A stretch of DNA of 64,000 nt from an uncultured Acidobacteriota bacterium (GTDB lineage: Bacteria; Acidobacteriota; Thermoanaerobaculia; Gp7-AA8): positions 646,603 to 710,602 of the forward strand of contig CAWGEI010000005.1 in NCBI GenBank assembly GCA_963821585.1, read 5' to 3'. This document shows positions 54,601 to 63,945 of this stretch, piece after piece. The notes beneath the pieces are model-generated. The model did not search any database and was not told where the DNA came from. It saw only the letters and a list, made by a program, of their open reading frames with translations. Position 1 is the stretch's first letter; every line of letters begins with the position of its first letter. Both the position numbers and the translations under genes were made by a program.

Positions 54601-55409
54601 TCCAGTCCGGCCAGCACCTCCTCGGCATCATCAACGACATCCTCGATCTCTCGAAGGTCGAGGCGGGGAAGATGGAGATCTATCCCGAGACCTTCCCGGT
54701 GCGCCCGGCGATCGAGAGCGTCTGCCAGGTGATGAAGGGGCTCTCCGCGAAAAAGGGCATCACGTTCGAGGTCGACGTCGCGTCCGACGCGCGCGACATC
54801 GAGACCGATCACGCGAAGTTCAAGCAGATCCTCTACAACCTGCTGTCGAACGCGGTGAAGTTCTCGAAGCCGAACGCCGTGGTGACGGTGCGCGCGCGGG
54901 TGAAGGGCGACATGCTCGTCGTGACGGTGATCGACCACGGCATCGGCATCGCCGCGCAGTACCGCGACGTGATCTTCGCCGAGTTCCGCCAGCTCGACAC
55001 CGCCGCGAGCCGCGCGCACGGCGGGACGGGGCTGGGGCTGTCGCTGGTGAAGAAGTTCGTCGAGCTGCAGCGCGGCACGGTGTCGGTGCAGAGCGTCGTC
55101 GGCGAGGGGAGCGAGTTCACGTTCACCCTGCCACTGCGCTTCGGCGGGCGCGTGCTCATCGTGGAGAGCGAGGACGAGATCTTCGACACGTACAGCGCCT
55201 ACCTGCGCTCGGCGGGCTACGTGCCGATCCGCGCACGCTCGGGCGACGAGGCCGTGGATCGCGCACGCGTGATGACGCCGCGTGCGATCCTGGTCGACGG
55301 CAACCTGGACGCCACGGGCCTGCGCGACATGACGATCCCGGTGATCGTCTTCTCGCCCGCCGAGAACCGCGAGCTGCTCCTGCGCCGGCTGGCGGAGGTT
55401 ACGCGATAA
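51624..55409 (+). CDS. hybrid sensor histidine kinase with periplasmic two-component-regulator propeller/Y_Y_Y domains, GAF, HisKA, HATPase and a receiver-like C-terminus
   Basis: Signal peptide [17 protein letters not shown]. Repeated ...LWIGT/WVAT... propeller blades. TM segment [19 protein letters not shown]-box [39 protein letters not shown]. Confidence 0.85.
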   Translation: MRRWLLLVSLATVALRAQELPFTHFTTDDLLPSESVQKIIQDHQGFIWLGFYSTGVARYDGRTMESYGVADGIADPTVREIVEDRTHRLWIGTEAGLVVSERPLDGYAPGARVRFVDKGLTRSRMRRNCVVAAPDGWVWAGTQDGIVRYRFEGTRLRSQTIDLSAVETPVAALAMLVRRDGSVLVSLAAGTIVAVDPQGKVQRVITRSTPATFSLAETPDGTLWGGMVNGAVWRLDNGVTRVVNHELRERVVALLVTRANELWAASLGSGMVRINLRDDSALRVTRANGLLTETLWSMLEDREHNLWFGQNGGLSRLRKGYHAFHAWTPRTRPGLPDLSTFAVLPLDGAIWAGTGDGLARLMPGGTTTTWRTTDGLPSNQVYRIARAADGTMWVATSGGIASVSRDGVVTAHGLDTTYAILIQDTMTCFAGIFGVACHAGGKWSKFGRESGLSPAGATSIAFDGEGHLFVGSIDRGVYRSTTRLAPDTPGPKFVRVWSRENGAPSDSVRSLLYHDGRLWIGTGAGLSVLGGRTIFRGRPAIGMTAAGNRIWVSNNAGIVEVDPAAQRVVSQVSRADGLLKDEVWAYGPIATDPQGRIYLATPRGLSVFDPAKREWNTLPPLVRLRRIEHGEDNEIGFEYAALTFAAESRVRYRTRLGGFDRDWSAETTDAKIRYTNLPAYLFTRSYDFQVKARNADGYWSEPLSYRFTVAPPLWLRWWAALAYLVVIVAAAWAINRWRMRQLQRKNRVLEDLVFARTDEIRSQARELETLDRIVEMINREVKLEDVLKSILEQGMKLFPNAEKGVFLMFDPETRRTEVVGASGYDPDLFRGVSLSYEEAMQRYSGRAEQLGEGVYLIRSADFPHLAAAEKISHFPKPKAMLTMAVTLGGRMEGFLIFDNFSNEDAFGPADLEKLARVREHAVSAIAKARILRELQLRNEQAEDANRAKSIFLANMSHELRTPMNAIIGFSEILVERLQDKVEPKYTGFLRSILQSGQHLLGIINDILDLSKVEAGKMEIYPETFPVRPAIESVCQVMKGLSAKKGITFEVDVASDARDIETDHAKFKQILYNLLSNAVKFSKPNAVVTVRARVKGDMLVVTVIDHGIGIAAQYRDVIFAEFRQLDTAASRAHGGTGLGLSLVKKFVELQRGTVSVQSVVGEGSEFTFTLPLRFGGRVLIVESEDEIFDTYSAYLRSAGYVPIRARSGDEAVDRARVMTPRAILVDGNLDATGLRDMTIPVIVFSPAENRELLLRRLAEVTR

Positions 55410-55417
55410 GGGGCTCT

Positions 55418-55764
55418 CTGTCGCCCGCTACGCGGGCTCGTTCCGCAGCCGCACCCGGTCCCCGGCTTCAGCCGCAATGGCGTTCACTTTAGGCGAGTGG
55501 GCCCCTCACCCGGCCTTCGGCCACCCTCTCCCCGCTGACGCGGGGCGAGGGCTATCGTGAGGTTCCTTCTCGCGAGAGATTGGCTATCAATTTTTGTTTC
55601 TTGCGAGAGGGAAACCGGATTGTCCCCTCTCCCCGCGCGTGAGCGTGGGGAGAGGGTGGCCGAAGGCCGGGTGAGGGGCGCGCTCGCCTAAAGTGAACGC
55701 CATTGCGGCTTCAGTCGGGGGACCGCGGCGGTCGCAGCATCTGAGCCCGCGTAGCGGGCGACAG
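55418..55764. repeat. A-type element copy A5 (short variant) carrying the B3 insertion
   Basis: CTGTCGCCCGCTACGCGGGCTC...CCCCGGCTTCAGC [B3] GCTTCAGTCGGGGG...GAGCCCGCGTAGCGGGCGACAG. Lies between convergent genes. Confidence 0.85.
55472..55707. mobile_element. B-type palindromic MITE-like element, copy B3, flanked by 8-bp direct repeats
   Basis: Termini CGCAATGGCGTTCACTTTAGGCGAG... / ...CTCGCCTAAAGTGAACGCCATTGCG. Flanks GCTTCAGC (55464-71) and GCTTCAGT (55708-15). Confidence 0.8.
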
Positions 55765-55767
55765 AAC

Positions 55768-56691
55768 CTATCGCGCGCCGTCGATCTTCTGCCGGTACCG
55801 CTCCACGTCCGGCGTGACCTCGATGAACGGCAGGACCGCGGTCAGCTCGCGCTTGGCCTGGTCGTATTGACCGTTCTCGTAATACGCCACGGCGATGTAG
55901 TAGCGGTAGGCCTCTTCGCCGGGACGGAGGGTGCCGACGTGCTGGAACGCGGTCAGCACTCCCGCGAAATCGCGCGCCCGGTACAGTCCCTCGGCCACCC
56001 GAATCCACGTCGCATGATCGTGCCCCCCGGCCTCGAGCAGCTCGCGATAGATCTTGCGGGCGTCGGTGAGGTTCCCGCCGAGCAGCGTCCGCTCGCCGGC
56101 GGTGAGGCGCGCGGGGACGTCGAGGGCGGGCTTCTTCGGCGCGGGCGGGGTGGGTTTGGGGGGAGCCTTCGCGGGAGGAGTCGCCGCCGGCTTCTCGTCG
56201 ACTTGTCGACTCGTCGGCCGGACCTCTGCCTTCTTCGGCGTATCGACCTGCGGCGGTGGCGCGGCTTTCTTCACCGGTGCCGCGGGCGGCGCCAATAAGG
56301 AGGTCGCATCCGCCGCCGGAAGCAGCTTCTTCGCCGACGTCGTGAACGCCGCGCGGATCTCGTCCGGCAGACTCAGCGATGCGAACTTCCGCTCCACCTT
56401 CTCGGCCGCCAGAATCCGCAGCGCCGCCTGGCGCGCCGGCTCGCTCTGGTTCAAGCGGTCCAGTGCGACGACCAGATACGCCTGCGCGGTCTGGTAGTGC
56501 TCGACCGAGTCGATCAGCCCGAAAGCCGCGAGACGCAACGGCGTCACCGCTGATTCATTGCGCCCGGCTTCGACCTCGGAAACGCCACGCCGCAGCAGCT
56601 CGACGTAGAAGTCGGTTGCGGTCGCCGCGGCCACCGGCATGCACGTCGAAATCGCGACGAGAAGAAGCGCCCACTTACTGAGTTTTCGCAT
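55768..56691 (-). CDS. hypothetical secreted protein with Pro/Ala/Lys-rich linker and TPR-like C-terminal region
   Basis: Signal peptide MRKLSKWALLLVAISTCMPVAAA. APPAAPVKKAAPPPQ...KAPPKPTPPAPKKP linker. C-terminal YYIAVAYYENGQYDQAKREL. Confidence 0.5.
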   Translation of the reverse strand: MRKLSKWALLLVAISTCMPVAAATATDFYVELLRRGVSEVEAGRNESAVTPLRLAAFGLIDSVEHYQTAQAYLVVALDRLNQSEPARQAALRILAAEKVERKFASLSLPDEIRAAFTTSAKKLLPAADATSLLAPPAAPVKKAAPPPQVDTPKKAEVRPTSRQVDEKPAATPPAKAPPKPTPPAPKKPALDVPARLTAGERTLLGGNLTDARKIYRELLEAGGHDHATWIRVAEGLYRARDFAGVLTAFQHVGTLRPGEEAYRYYIAVAYYENGQYDQAKRELTAVLPFIEVTPDVERYRQKIDGAR

Positions 56692-56801
56692 GAGACGTTT
56701 TGGACGCTTTCCGAGAACACGGAAGGTGCCGAAGCAATTCTGACCCTGCCGGATTCTGCCATAGCCCGGCTAGACGCAGTGTGGGAAATGGCCTGTGGGA
56801 A

Positions 56802-58172
56802 ATGCGGTACCATCCCCGCTCATCCGTGGCTAAAAACGTCGTGATCGTCGGAGGCGGGCTTGCTGGTCTCGCGGCGTCCATCTACCTCGCGCGCGCCGGG
56901 CGTACGGTGACGGTGTTCGAGAAGCGCCGCTCCCTCGGCGGCCGCGCCATCACGCAGCTTCGCAAGGGGTATCGCTTCAACCTCGGCGCGCACGCGTTCT
57001 ACCGGCTGGGTCCGGCAGCGCGGGTGTGCAAGGAGCTCGGCGTTCCCGTCCCCGGCGTGGTGGCGAAGCCGAAGGCGATTGCCCTGCTCGACGGCCAGGA
57101 GCGCACGCTGCCGACGTCGATCCTCTCGCTGCTCACGACGTCGCTCCTCTCGATCGGCGGCAAGGTGCAGCTCGCATCGGTGCTCTGGAAGATCCGCCGC
57201 GGCGTGGACGCGGGCGCGATGACGCTGCGCGAATGGCTGGACGCGAATCTGAGCGACACGCGCGCGCGGCAGGTGCTGGCGTCGCTGATCCGGCTCGCGA
57301 CGTACTCCGATCACGCCGAGTCCGCGAGCGCCACGCTCTCGCTGGCACAGATGAAGGTCGCGTTGCGCGGGGCGGTGTACGTCCACGAGGGCTGGCAGCG
57401 CATCATCGATTCGATGCACAGCACCGCGATCTCCTCGGGCGTGAATTTCGTGAGCAGCTCGCGCATCGTGGCCATCGATCACGATGAGAACGGCGTGCAG
57501 GCCATCCGCCTCGGCGGTCTGGAGGTCGACGCGGATCGCATGGACACGTTGTCGATTGCGTATCCGGAGATGTCGCCGGAGCAGGTCGACGGGGCGCGGC
57601 TGCCCGCGGGGACGGTGATTCTCGCGGTCGATCCGGCGTGCGCCGCGGAGCTGGTGGGCGACGCCGGGAAGGCGTGGGCGAATGCGCGTCCGGTGACCGC
57701 GGCGTGTCTCGACGTCGCACTGAGCACGCTGCCGAAGCCGAAGCGCACCTTCGCCCTCGGAGTCGACGAGCCGGTCTACTACGCCGTGCACTCCGCGTTG
57801 GCGCAGCTCGCGCCGAAAGGCGGTGCGCTCATTCACACGGTGAAGTACCGCCGCGAGCAGACGGCGACGGACGTCGAGATCGAGAACGACCGTACGCGCC
57901 GCGACGCGGCGGCAGCCGCGGATGAGCGCGCGCTCGAAGCGCTCCTCGACCGCATGCAGCCCGGCTGGCGCGACGTCCTCGTCCACCGCCGCTTCCTGCC
58001 GTCGATGACCGTGTCGAACGCGCTCGTCACGCCGTCCGCGCCGCGCCCGTCCGTGAAGACGAGCGTCCCCGGCCTCTACCTCGCCGGCGACTGGGTCGGC
58101 GACGAGGGCCTGCTGTCGGACGCCGCGCTCTCCAGCGCCCGCGCCGCCGCCCGCGCAGTGCTGGAGACGTAA
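56802..58172 (+). CDS. FAD-dependent oxidoreductase (phytoene desaturase / amine oxidase-like)
   Basis: NVVIVGGGLAGLAASIYLARAGRTVTVFEKRRSLGGRA dinucleotide-binding motif. C-terminal LYLAGDWVG. Start uncertain (ATG 56802). Confidence 0.7.
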   Translation: MRYHPRSSVAKNVVIVGGGLAGLAASIYLARAGRTVTVFEKRRSLGGRAITQLRKGYRFNLGAHAFYRLGPAARVCKELGVPVPGVVAKPKAIALLDGQERTLPTSILSLLTTSLLSIGGKVQLASVLWKIRRGVDAGAMTLREWLDANLSDTRARQVLASLIRLATYSDHAESASATLSLAQMKVALRGAVYVHEGWQRIIDSMHSTAISSGVNFVSSSRIVAIDHDENGVQAIRLGGLEVDADRMDTLSIAYPEMSPEQVDGARLPAGTVILAVDPACAAELVGDAGKAWANARPVTAACLDVALSTLPKPKRTFALGVDEPVYYAVHSALAQLAPKGGALIHTVKYRREQTATDVEIENDRTRRDAAAAADERALEALLDRMQPGWRDVLVHRRFLPSMTVSNALVTPSAPRPSVKTSVPGLYLAGDWVGDEGLLSDAALSSARAAARAVLET

Positions 58173-58240
58173 CCGCGGTTTCGCGGTCATCCGCAAGAAA
58201 CGTCAAGACGCCTCCACCCTGCCCGCGCTACTCTCGAACC

Positions 58241-58666
58241 ATGAGAACGAACGACATTCGATGGGGCGCGGCGTTCGGCGGGATGCTCCTGGCCGAGGTT
58301 GCGACGATCGCCGCCGCCTTCGCCTGGGTCGCCTTCTACAGCTACCTCGTTCATCCGGGGGAGACGCCGGCCTTCTACCAGCGCTACGCCGAGGTGGCGA
58401 GTCCGTGGGTGTCGGTGCTGGCGGGAGGCCCGATCTTCTATGGGATCTGCCGCTGGATCGTTTCGCGGGCTCGTGCCAGCGCCTGGCCCACCGCGATGGC
58501 CCTCTTCGGCATGTTCGTCATCCTCGACCTGGCGCTGGTGTTCGCCGCGGGCGGGCCTTCGTCACGGATCGTCGGGTTCCTGGCCGCCAGCTATTTCGTG
58601 AAGTTCCTGGCGTGCCATCTCGCAGGCCGAAGGGCTGCCGGGAACAGGGTCGCGGAGCCTGCGTGA
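58241..58666 (+). CDS. hypothetical integral membrane protein
   Basis: Four hydrophobic segments. GC3-biased. The stop overlaps the next start (GTGA). Confidence 0.5.
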   Translation: MRTNDIRWGAAFGGMLLAEVATIAAAFAWVAFYSYLVHPGETPAFYQRYAEVASPWVSVLAGGPIFYGICRWIVSRARASAWPTAMALFGMFVILDLALVFAAGGPSSRIVGFLAASYFVKFLACHLAGRRAAGNRVAEPA

Positions 58667-59529
58667 CGGGGGACTGGGAGACGCTCCTCCCGCTGCTGGT
58701 TCACATTCAGGCCCACCTGGATGAAGACCTGAGTCTCGCAGCACTCAGCCGGAAGGCGGGGCTTTCGCCGTTCCACCTGCAGCGCCGGTTCAAGGAGTCG
58801 ATCGGGGAGACGCCGAAGGCCTACACCTCGCGCCTCCGCCTGGAGCGCGGCGCCTTCCGCCTCCTGGTGCAGGACTCGAACGTGCTCGACATCGCCCTGG
58901 AGTGCGGCTTCCAAACCCACGAGACCTTTCTCCGCGCCTTCCGCCGGCGCTTCGGTCGCGCGCCGGCCGACTACCGGGAGTGGGTGCGCGAGCAGCTGTC
59001 GGCGTGGCACGAGGCCGGGCCTGAGGACTGCGCCGAGGGAGCACCGGCTTTCGAGATCTCGGCGACGAAGGTGATCCCCCTGCGGCCCGTGCACCTGGCC
59101 TTTCGGCGGCACCTGGGACCGTACGACCTGGTCCCGGAGAGCCTCTTCGACGACCTGGAAGCCTGGGCAGACCGGCACCGGCTGCCGGGTCCCCGGGTCT
59201 GGATGGGGATCGGGCACGATGCCCCCGGGACCACGCCACCCGAGCGGCTCCGCTTCGACGCGGCACTCGTCGTGCCGGGTCCATTCACCGCCGAAGGGAA
59301 CATAGGCTACGAGCTCCTCCCCGGCGGCCCCTTCGCCGTCACCACCCACGCGGGACCGTATGAGACGCTCCCCGCCGCCTATGGCGCGATCTTCCCGCGC
59401 CTTTTAACCCTGCCCGGCTACCAGCTGGTCGGCCTGCCGGCGGTCGAGATCTACCACACGACCCGGGTGAACGTGCGGTACCGGCTGAACCATACGGATT
59501 TGTGCTTGCCGGTGGATGCGGGAGGGTGA
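58663..59529 (+). CDS. AraC-family regulator with GyrI-like effector-binding domain
   Basis: LSLAALSRKAGLSPFHLQRRFKESIGETPKAYTSRLRLERG...GFQTHETFLRAFRRRFGRAPADYR, followed by a GyrI-like C-terminal half. Confidence 0.75.
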   Translation: MTGDWETLLPLLVHIQAHLDEDLSLAALSRKAGLSPFHLQRRFKESIGETPKAYTSRLRLERGAFRLLVQDSNVLDIALECGFQTHETFLRAFRRRFGRAPADYREWVREQLSAWHEAGPEDCAEGAPAFEISATKVIPLRPVHLAFRRHLGPYDLVPESLFDDLEAWADRHRLPGPRVWMGIGHDAPGTTPPERLRFDAALVVPGPFTAEGNIGYELLPGGPFAVTTHAGPYETLPAAYGAIFPRLLTLPGYQLVGLPAVEIYHTTRVNVRYRLNHTDLCLPVDAGG

Positions 59530-59532
59530 GGA

Positions 59533-60495
59533 TCAGAGCCCCTTCACCCGCACCCCGCCGCCCGAGCTGCGCAGCACGAGCCTTGGGCCGCCGCCGTTGA
59601 TCTTCCCGCGCAGCGAGTCTTCCTCCTGCCGTCCCTGCACGGTGATCGGCACGTCCGAGCTCACGCCGCCGCCGCTCGCCTCCGCGTCCAGGTCCACCGC
59701 GATCGACGGCGCGAGCGTCACCACCACGCCGCCGCCCGAGGTCGAGAGCTTCGAGTCGCCCTTCGGCTGACGGGAGATCTGCGCGTGGATCGAGCCACCC
59801 GAGGTGGAGGCGTCCACGCTGCCGGCCGCATCCTCGATGCGGATATTGCCGCCCGACGTCCGCGCGACCACTTCCCCCGACACCCGGCCGAGCCGGATCG
59901 AGCCACCGGAAGTCTTCGCTTCGACCGTGCCGGTCGTGTCGCCGATCTCGATCGAGCCGCCCGACGTGTGCGCCGTCAGCTCCGCCGCCGCGCCGTCCAC
60001 GTTGATGCTCCCGCCGGACGTCTTCAGCGACGATTTGCCGCCCAGGCGGCCGGTGCGGATGCTGCCGCCCGAAGTGCGTGCGTCGACCGTGCCCGCGATC
60101 TCGTCGATCTCGATCGAGCCGCCCGAGGTCTCGGCGTCCACGTTGTAGTGGTCCGGGACGCGGATGTTCCACTGCACGTCGTAGTCGTCGTCGCCCCAGC
60201 TGAACCAGCGGACCCGGTCCTTGCCGTCGGAATCGCTGTCGATCACGACGTCGTTGCCCCGCTGCTCGAACGTGATCTTGTGCTCGGCCAGGCGGCGCTC
60301 GGCGCTGCGGCCTCGCGCTTTGCGCGTGACCTCGACCGCCACGCCGCTGCCGCCGGTGACGATCTTGATGTTGCCGTAAGCCCCTTCCAGGTGCAGCGTC
60401 CCGCCGTCGGCGACGGTGAAGCCCTTCTTGATGACGTCGGCGAAAGCGGTAGAGGAGAAGACGAGAGCGAGAGTGAGTATGGCCAGTCGGCGCAT
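59533..60495 (-). CDS. DUF4097 (putative adhesin) beta-repeat protein
   Basis: ATG 60495 follows GGAGGA. Signal peptide MRRLAILTLALVFSSTAFA. More than 10 repeats of the T/SSGGSI..... motif. Confidence 0.75.
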   Translation of the reverse strand: MRRLAILTLALVFSSTAFADVIKKGFTVADGGTLHLEGAYGNIKIVTGGSGVAVEVTRKARGRSAERRLAEHKITFEQRGNDVVIDSDSDGKDRVRWFSWGDDDYDVQWNIRVPDHYNVDAETSGGSIEIDEIAGTVDARTSGGSIRTGRLGGKSSLKTSGGSINVDGAAAELTAHTSGGSIEIGDTTGTVEAKTSGGSIRLGRVSGEVVARTSGGNIRIEDAAGSVDASTSGGSIHAQISRQPKGDSKLSTSGGGVVVTLAPSIAVDLDAEASGGGVSSDVPITVQGRQEEDSLRGKINGGGPRLVLRSSGGGVRVKGL

Positions 60496-60563
60496 GAAGC
60501 AGTCCTCCGTTTGCAGCTTCATACGCCGCGGTTGGCGAAAAGTTTGAAGTAAGATCCGCCCCC

Positions 60564-61037
60564 ATGATCGACGACGCCCAGTTCAAGCTGGCCATGTCGC
60601 ACTTCGCCAGCGGCGTCACCGTGGTGACGACCGAGCACGAGGGCACGCCCTACGGCATGACCGTGGCGTCGTTCGCGTCGCTGTCCCTGAATCCGCCGCT
60701 CGTGCTCGTCTGCATCGAGCAGAACATCCGGACGCACGACGCGCTCGTTTCGGCGGAGAAGTTCGGCGTCAGCATCCTCGCCCAGTCGCAGGCGGACCTG
60801 TCGGGCCGGTTCGCCTCGAAGAAGATCGACGACAAGTTCTCCGGGGTCGCGGTCACTCCTGGCGAGCTCCTCGGCGTCCCACTCCTGGATGGCGCGATCT
60901 GCGCACTGGAGTGCCGCGTGCATAGCGCGCTGCCCGGAGGGGATCACACCATCTTCGTCGGCGAGGTCGTCAGCGCGCGGGTGGGCGACGAGGCTCCGCT
61001 CGTCTATTTCCGAAGTGGGTACAGACAACTTGCGTGA
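60564..61037 (+). CDS. flavin reductase family protein
   Basis: FKLAMSHFASGVTVVTTEHEGTPYGMTVASFASLSLNPPLVLVCI is typical of Flavin_Reduct. Confidence 0.8.
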   Translation: MIDDAQFKLAMSHFASGVTVVTTEHEGTPYGMTVASFASLSLNPPLVLVCIEQNIRTHDALVSAEKFGVSILAQSQADLSGRFASKKIDDKFSGVAVTPGELLGVPLLDGAICALECRVHSALPGGDHTIFVGEVVSARVGDEAPLVYFRSGYRQLA

Positions 61038-61038
61038 A

Positions 61039-61866
61039 ATGAGTGACACCCTGCGCGCGACCTTCCGTCGCGTGCTCCGGCTTCCCAACCGCCGCGCCGC
61101 CATCCGCCACGGCCGCATCGAGCACATCAGCGGCTTTACGTCGCAGATCCTCGGCAACGCGCGGGAGATCGCGGTCTACCTGCCGGCAGGCTACGACGAG
61201 CGGACGGACACCCGTTACCCCGTGCTCTACATGCAGGACGGGCAGAACCTGTTCGATCCGAATCGCGCGTACATCCCCGGCAATCACTGGCGTTTGCAGG
61301 ATGCCGCGGACGCCGCGATCGGCGAGCGCACGGCGCGGCCGATGATCATCGTCGGCGTCGACCACGCCGGTCCGGGCCGCGCGGACGAGTACACGCCGGT
61401 GGAGGACCCGAGGCACCACAACGGCGGGCACGCCGCGGACTACGCGCGGTTCCTGATCGAGGAGCTGAAGCCGGCGATCGACGCGCGGTTCCGCACGCGG
61501 CCGGACGCGGAGAACACCGCGGTCGGGGGCTCGTCCCTCGGCGGGTTGGTCTCGCTGTATCTCGCGCTGAAGCACCCCGACGTCTTTCGTTACGCCGCAG
61601 TGATGTCCCCCTCGGTGTGGTGGGGCAACCGCGCCATCCTTGATGACGTCGAAGCGTTCGCCGGTCCTCCGCCGCGGATGTGGATCGACATCGGGGGCCG
61701 CGAAGGGGCCAATGCTCTGCGCGATGCCCGTGAGCTGCGCGACCGCGTTACGGCGAAAGGCTGGAACGATTTCCGGTACTACGAGGATCAGCGTGGCGAT
61801 CACAGCGAGCGTGCCTGGTCCCGGCGCACCCGGCAGGCGCTGGAGTTTTTGTTCCCACCGGCGTAG
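61039..61866 (+). CDS. alpha/beta hydrolase, putative esterase (enterochelin esterase-like)
   Basis: [32 protein letters not shown] and [21 protein letters not shown] (GxSxG). Confidence 0.75.
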   Translation: MSDTLRATFRRVLRLPNRRAAIRHGRIEHISGFTSQILGNAREIAVYLPAGYDERTDTRYPVLYMQDGQNLFDPNRAYIPGNHWRLQDAADAAIGERTARPMIIVGVDHAGPGRADEYTPVEDPRHHNGGHAADYARFLIEELKPAIDARFRTRPDAENTAVGGSSLGGLVSLYLALKHPDVFRYAAVMSPSVWWGNRAILDDVEAFAGPPPRMWIDIGGREGANALRDARELRDRVTAKGWNDFRYYEDQRGDHSERAWSRRTRQALEFLFPPA

Positions 61867-62887
61867 TTTCGCCGCAGAGTGCTCCGTCGATACCCTCGGA
61901 CGCCCGCCGCGCGACCTCCGCATCTCGGTCACGGACCGCTGCAATTTCCGCTGTCCGTACTGCATGCCGAAGGAGATCTTCGGGCGCGACTTCGCGTTCC
62001 TGCACCGCGAAGAGCTGCTGACGTTCGAGGAGATCGCGCGGCTCGCGCGGCTGTTCGTGGGCCAGGGCGTGGAGAAGGTGCGCCTCACGGGAGGCGAGCC
62101 GCTGCTCCGCCGCGACCTGGAGCGGCTCGTCGGGCAGCTCGCCGCGATCGAGGGCCTGAAGGACATCGCCCTCACGACCAATGGCTCGCTGCTGACGCGG
62201 GAGAAGGCGCTGGCGCTCGAGGCCGCGGGCCTGCGCCGCGTGACGGTCAGCCTCGACGCGCTCGATGACGCGATTTTCCGGGCGATGAACGACGTCGGCT
62301 TCCCGGTCGCGAAGGTGCTGGATGCCATCGATGCCGCGGCCGAGGCGGGACTGACGCCGGTGAAGATCGACTGTGTCGTGAAGCGGGGCGTGAACGAGCA
62401 CGAGATCGTCGCGCTCGCGCGGCGCTTCCGCGGCACGGGCCACATCGTCCGCTTCATCGAGTTCATGGACGTCGGCAACACCAACGGCTGGCGCATGCAG
62501 GACGTCGTCCCCGGCCGCGAGGTCCTGGAGACCCTGCAGCGCGAATGGCCGCTGGTCCCCGCCGGCCCGGACTACTACGGTGAAGTCGCCGAGCGCTGGC
62601 GCTACGCCGACGGCGCGGGCGAGATCGGCATCATCACCTCCGTCACCCAGCCCTTCTGTGGCACCTGCACCCGCGCCCGCCTGGCCGCCGACGGCAAGAT
62701 GTACCTCTGCCTCTTCGCCGGCACCGGCCACGACTTCCGCGCCCTCCTCCGCGGCGGCGCGTCGGACGAAGACATCTCCCGCGCGATCGCCACCATGTGG
62801 GGCACCCGCGACGACCGCTACTCCGACCTCCGCAGCGAAGCAACGCCATCGCTGAAGAAGGTAGAGATGTCCCACATCGGCGGGTGA
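61811..62887 (+). CDS. moaA: GTP 3',8-cyclase MoaA (radical SAM); start uncertain
   Basis: [18 protein letters not shown] (CxxxCxxC), GGEPLLR, and C-terminal [21 protein letters not shown]. There is no ATG/GTG/TTG in frame between 61814 and the conserved core at about 61886. GTG 61811 would overlap the esterase gene by 56 nt. Confidence 0.8.
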   Translation: MPGPGAPGRRWSFCSHRRSFAAECSVDTLGRPPRDLRISVTDRCNFRCPYCMPKEIFGRDFAFLHREELLTFEEIARLARLFVGQGVEKVRLTGGEPLLRRDLERLVGQLAAIEGLKDIALTTNGSLLTREKALALEAAGLRRVTVSLDALDDAIFRAMNDVGFPVAKVLDAIDAAAEAGLTPVKIDCVVKRGVNEHEIVALARRFRGTGHIVRFIEFMDVGNTNGWRMQDVVPGREVLETLQREWPLVPAGPDYYGEVAERWRYADGAGEIGIITSVTQPFCGTCTRARLAADGKMYLCLFAGTGHDFRALLRGGASDEDISRAIATMWGTRDDRYSDLRSEATPSLKKVEMSHIGG

Positions 62888-62897
62888 ATCAAGTGGG

Positions 62898-63082
62898 CTG
62901 TCGCCTGCTACGCAGGCTCGTTGTTGGGTCGCACTGCGTTCCCACGGCTGAAGCCGTGGGCTATTTCCTGCCGCCCGCTTCGCGGGCTTTCTGCTGCCGT
63001 AGGCAGCTTCAGGCAATAGACCCCGGCTTCAGCCGGGGACGGGTGCGTCGCAGGAGATCCAGCCCGCGTCAGCGGGCGACAG
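62898..63082. repeat. A-type element, copy A6
   Basis: CTGTCGCCTGCTACGCAGGCTC ... CCAGCCCGCGTCAGCGGGCGACAG with diverged but collinear inner blocks (compensatory changes within the small hairpins). Confidence 0.85.
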
Positions 63083-63110
63083 AGAGGGAAATCCCTTTAC
63101 AGCCAACCCC

Positions 63111-63290
63111 TCACCCCTCCTCCCGCCCTCCGTTGTACTTCTCCTTGGACGAGCTGGGCACGGTCGACAGGTCCACCGCGTTCTTCGTGCTCAGGTTGGA
63201 CTTGGGGCCGAAGGGCTGGACGCGGCCGGAGTAGACGCGCTCGCGCATGGCGCGGCCTTCTTTGATCTGCTGGATCTGGCTCTTCTTCAT
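63111..63290 (-). CDS. hypothetical small basic protein (59 aa)
   Basis: MKKSQIQQIKEGRAMRERVYSGRVQPFGPKSNLSTKNAVDLSTVPSSSKEKYNGGREEG. The ATG lies 4 nt after the upstream stop. Confidence 0.4.
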   Translation of the reverse strand: MKKSQIQQIKEGRAMRERVYSGRVQPFGPKSNLSTKNAVDLSTVPSSSKEKYNGGREEG

Positions 63291-63294
63291 GCCG

Positions 63295-63945
63295 TCAGAA
63301 TTGCGACAGTCGGGCCATTCCGTCAACGAAAAGGTTTTTGCCGCCCTGGGAAGGGTGGCGGACTTTGTCGTGCGCGATGTCCATCTTGGTCAGGGAGGCG
63401 GAGGCGTGGTTGCCGATGGCGACGATGCGCTCGAAGGCGAACAGGCGGAGCAGGCGGGCGATGAAGCGCTCGCCGATGGCCAGTTCGGCGGACGTCGGCG
63501 CGCGGTTGGAGTCGGGATCGCCGGCGTGGAAGGGGTGGAAAGGAAACGCGTTCCAGAGGAGGGGCAGGGGCCGGATGCCGCGGATGGTGGACCACACCAT
63601 GGTCGCGCTGGCCTCGGTCGACAGGCGTGGCCCGGCGGTGGCTTTGCGGTAGCCGTGGCCGGCGCCGAGCACGGGGCCGTCGCGGGTATCGACGCCGCCG
63701 AGCATGACGCTCTCGTTGACGAACGCGATTCCGGTGAGGCGTCCGCCGCGATAGCTCACGGCCTCCCCGATGAGCAGCATGCGCGGGCCGATTGCGTCGA
63801 GCTGCCCGAGGTAGAGGCGGAGGTTGCGGCGGCGGATGGCGTTCTCGCGGAGGTCGCCCGTCAGGCACGAGAACTGGTTGCACGCGCGCTCGGAGAGCTC
63901 GACGGAGGCGAGATCGTTGATGAGCGGATCGAAACGCCTCACCAC
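63295..63945 (-). CDS. uracil-DNA glycosylase superfamily protein
   Basis: LLIGEAVSYRGGRLTGIAF (GEA..G motif A) and VRHPSQGG (HPS motif B). GTG start. The frame stays open upstream to the window edge, so the start is uncertain. Confidence 0.6.
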   Translation of the reverse strand: MVRRFDPLINDLASVELSERACNQFSCLTGDLRENAIRRRNLRLYLGQLDAIGPRMLLIGEAVSYRGGRLTGIAFVNESVMLGGVDTRDGPVLGAGHGYRKATAGPRLSTEASATMVWSTIRGIRPLPLLWNAFPFHPFHAGDPDSNRAPTSAELAIGERFIARLLRLFAFERIVAIGNHASASLTKMDIAHDKVRHPSQGGKNLFVDGMARLSQF

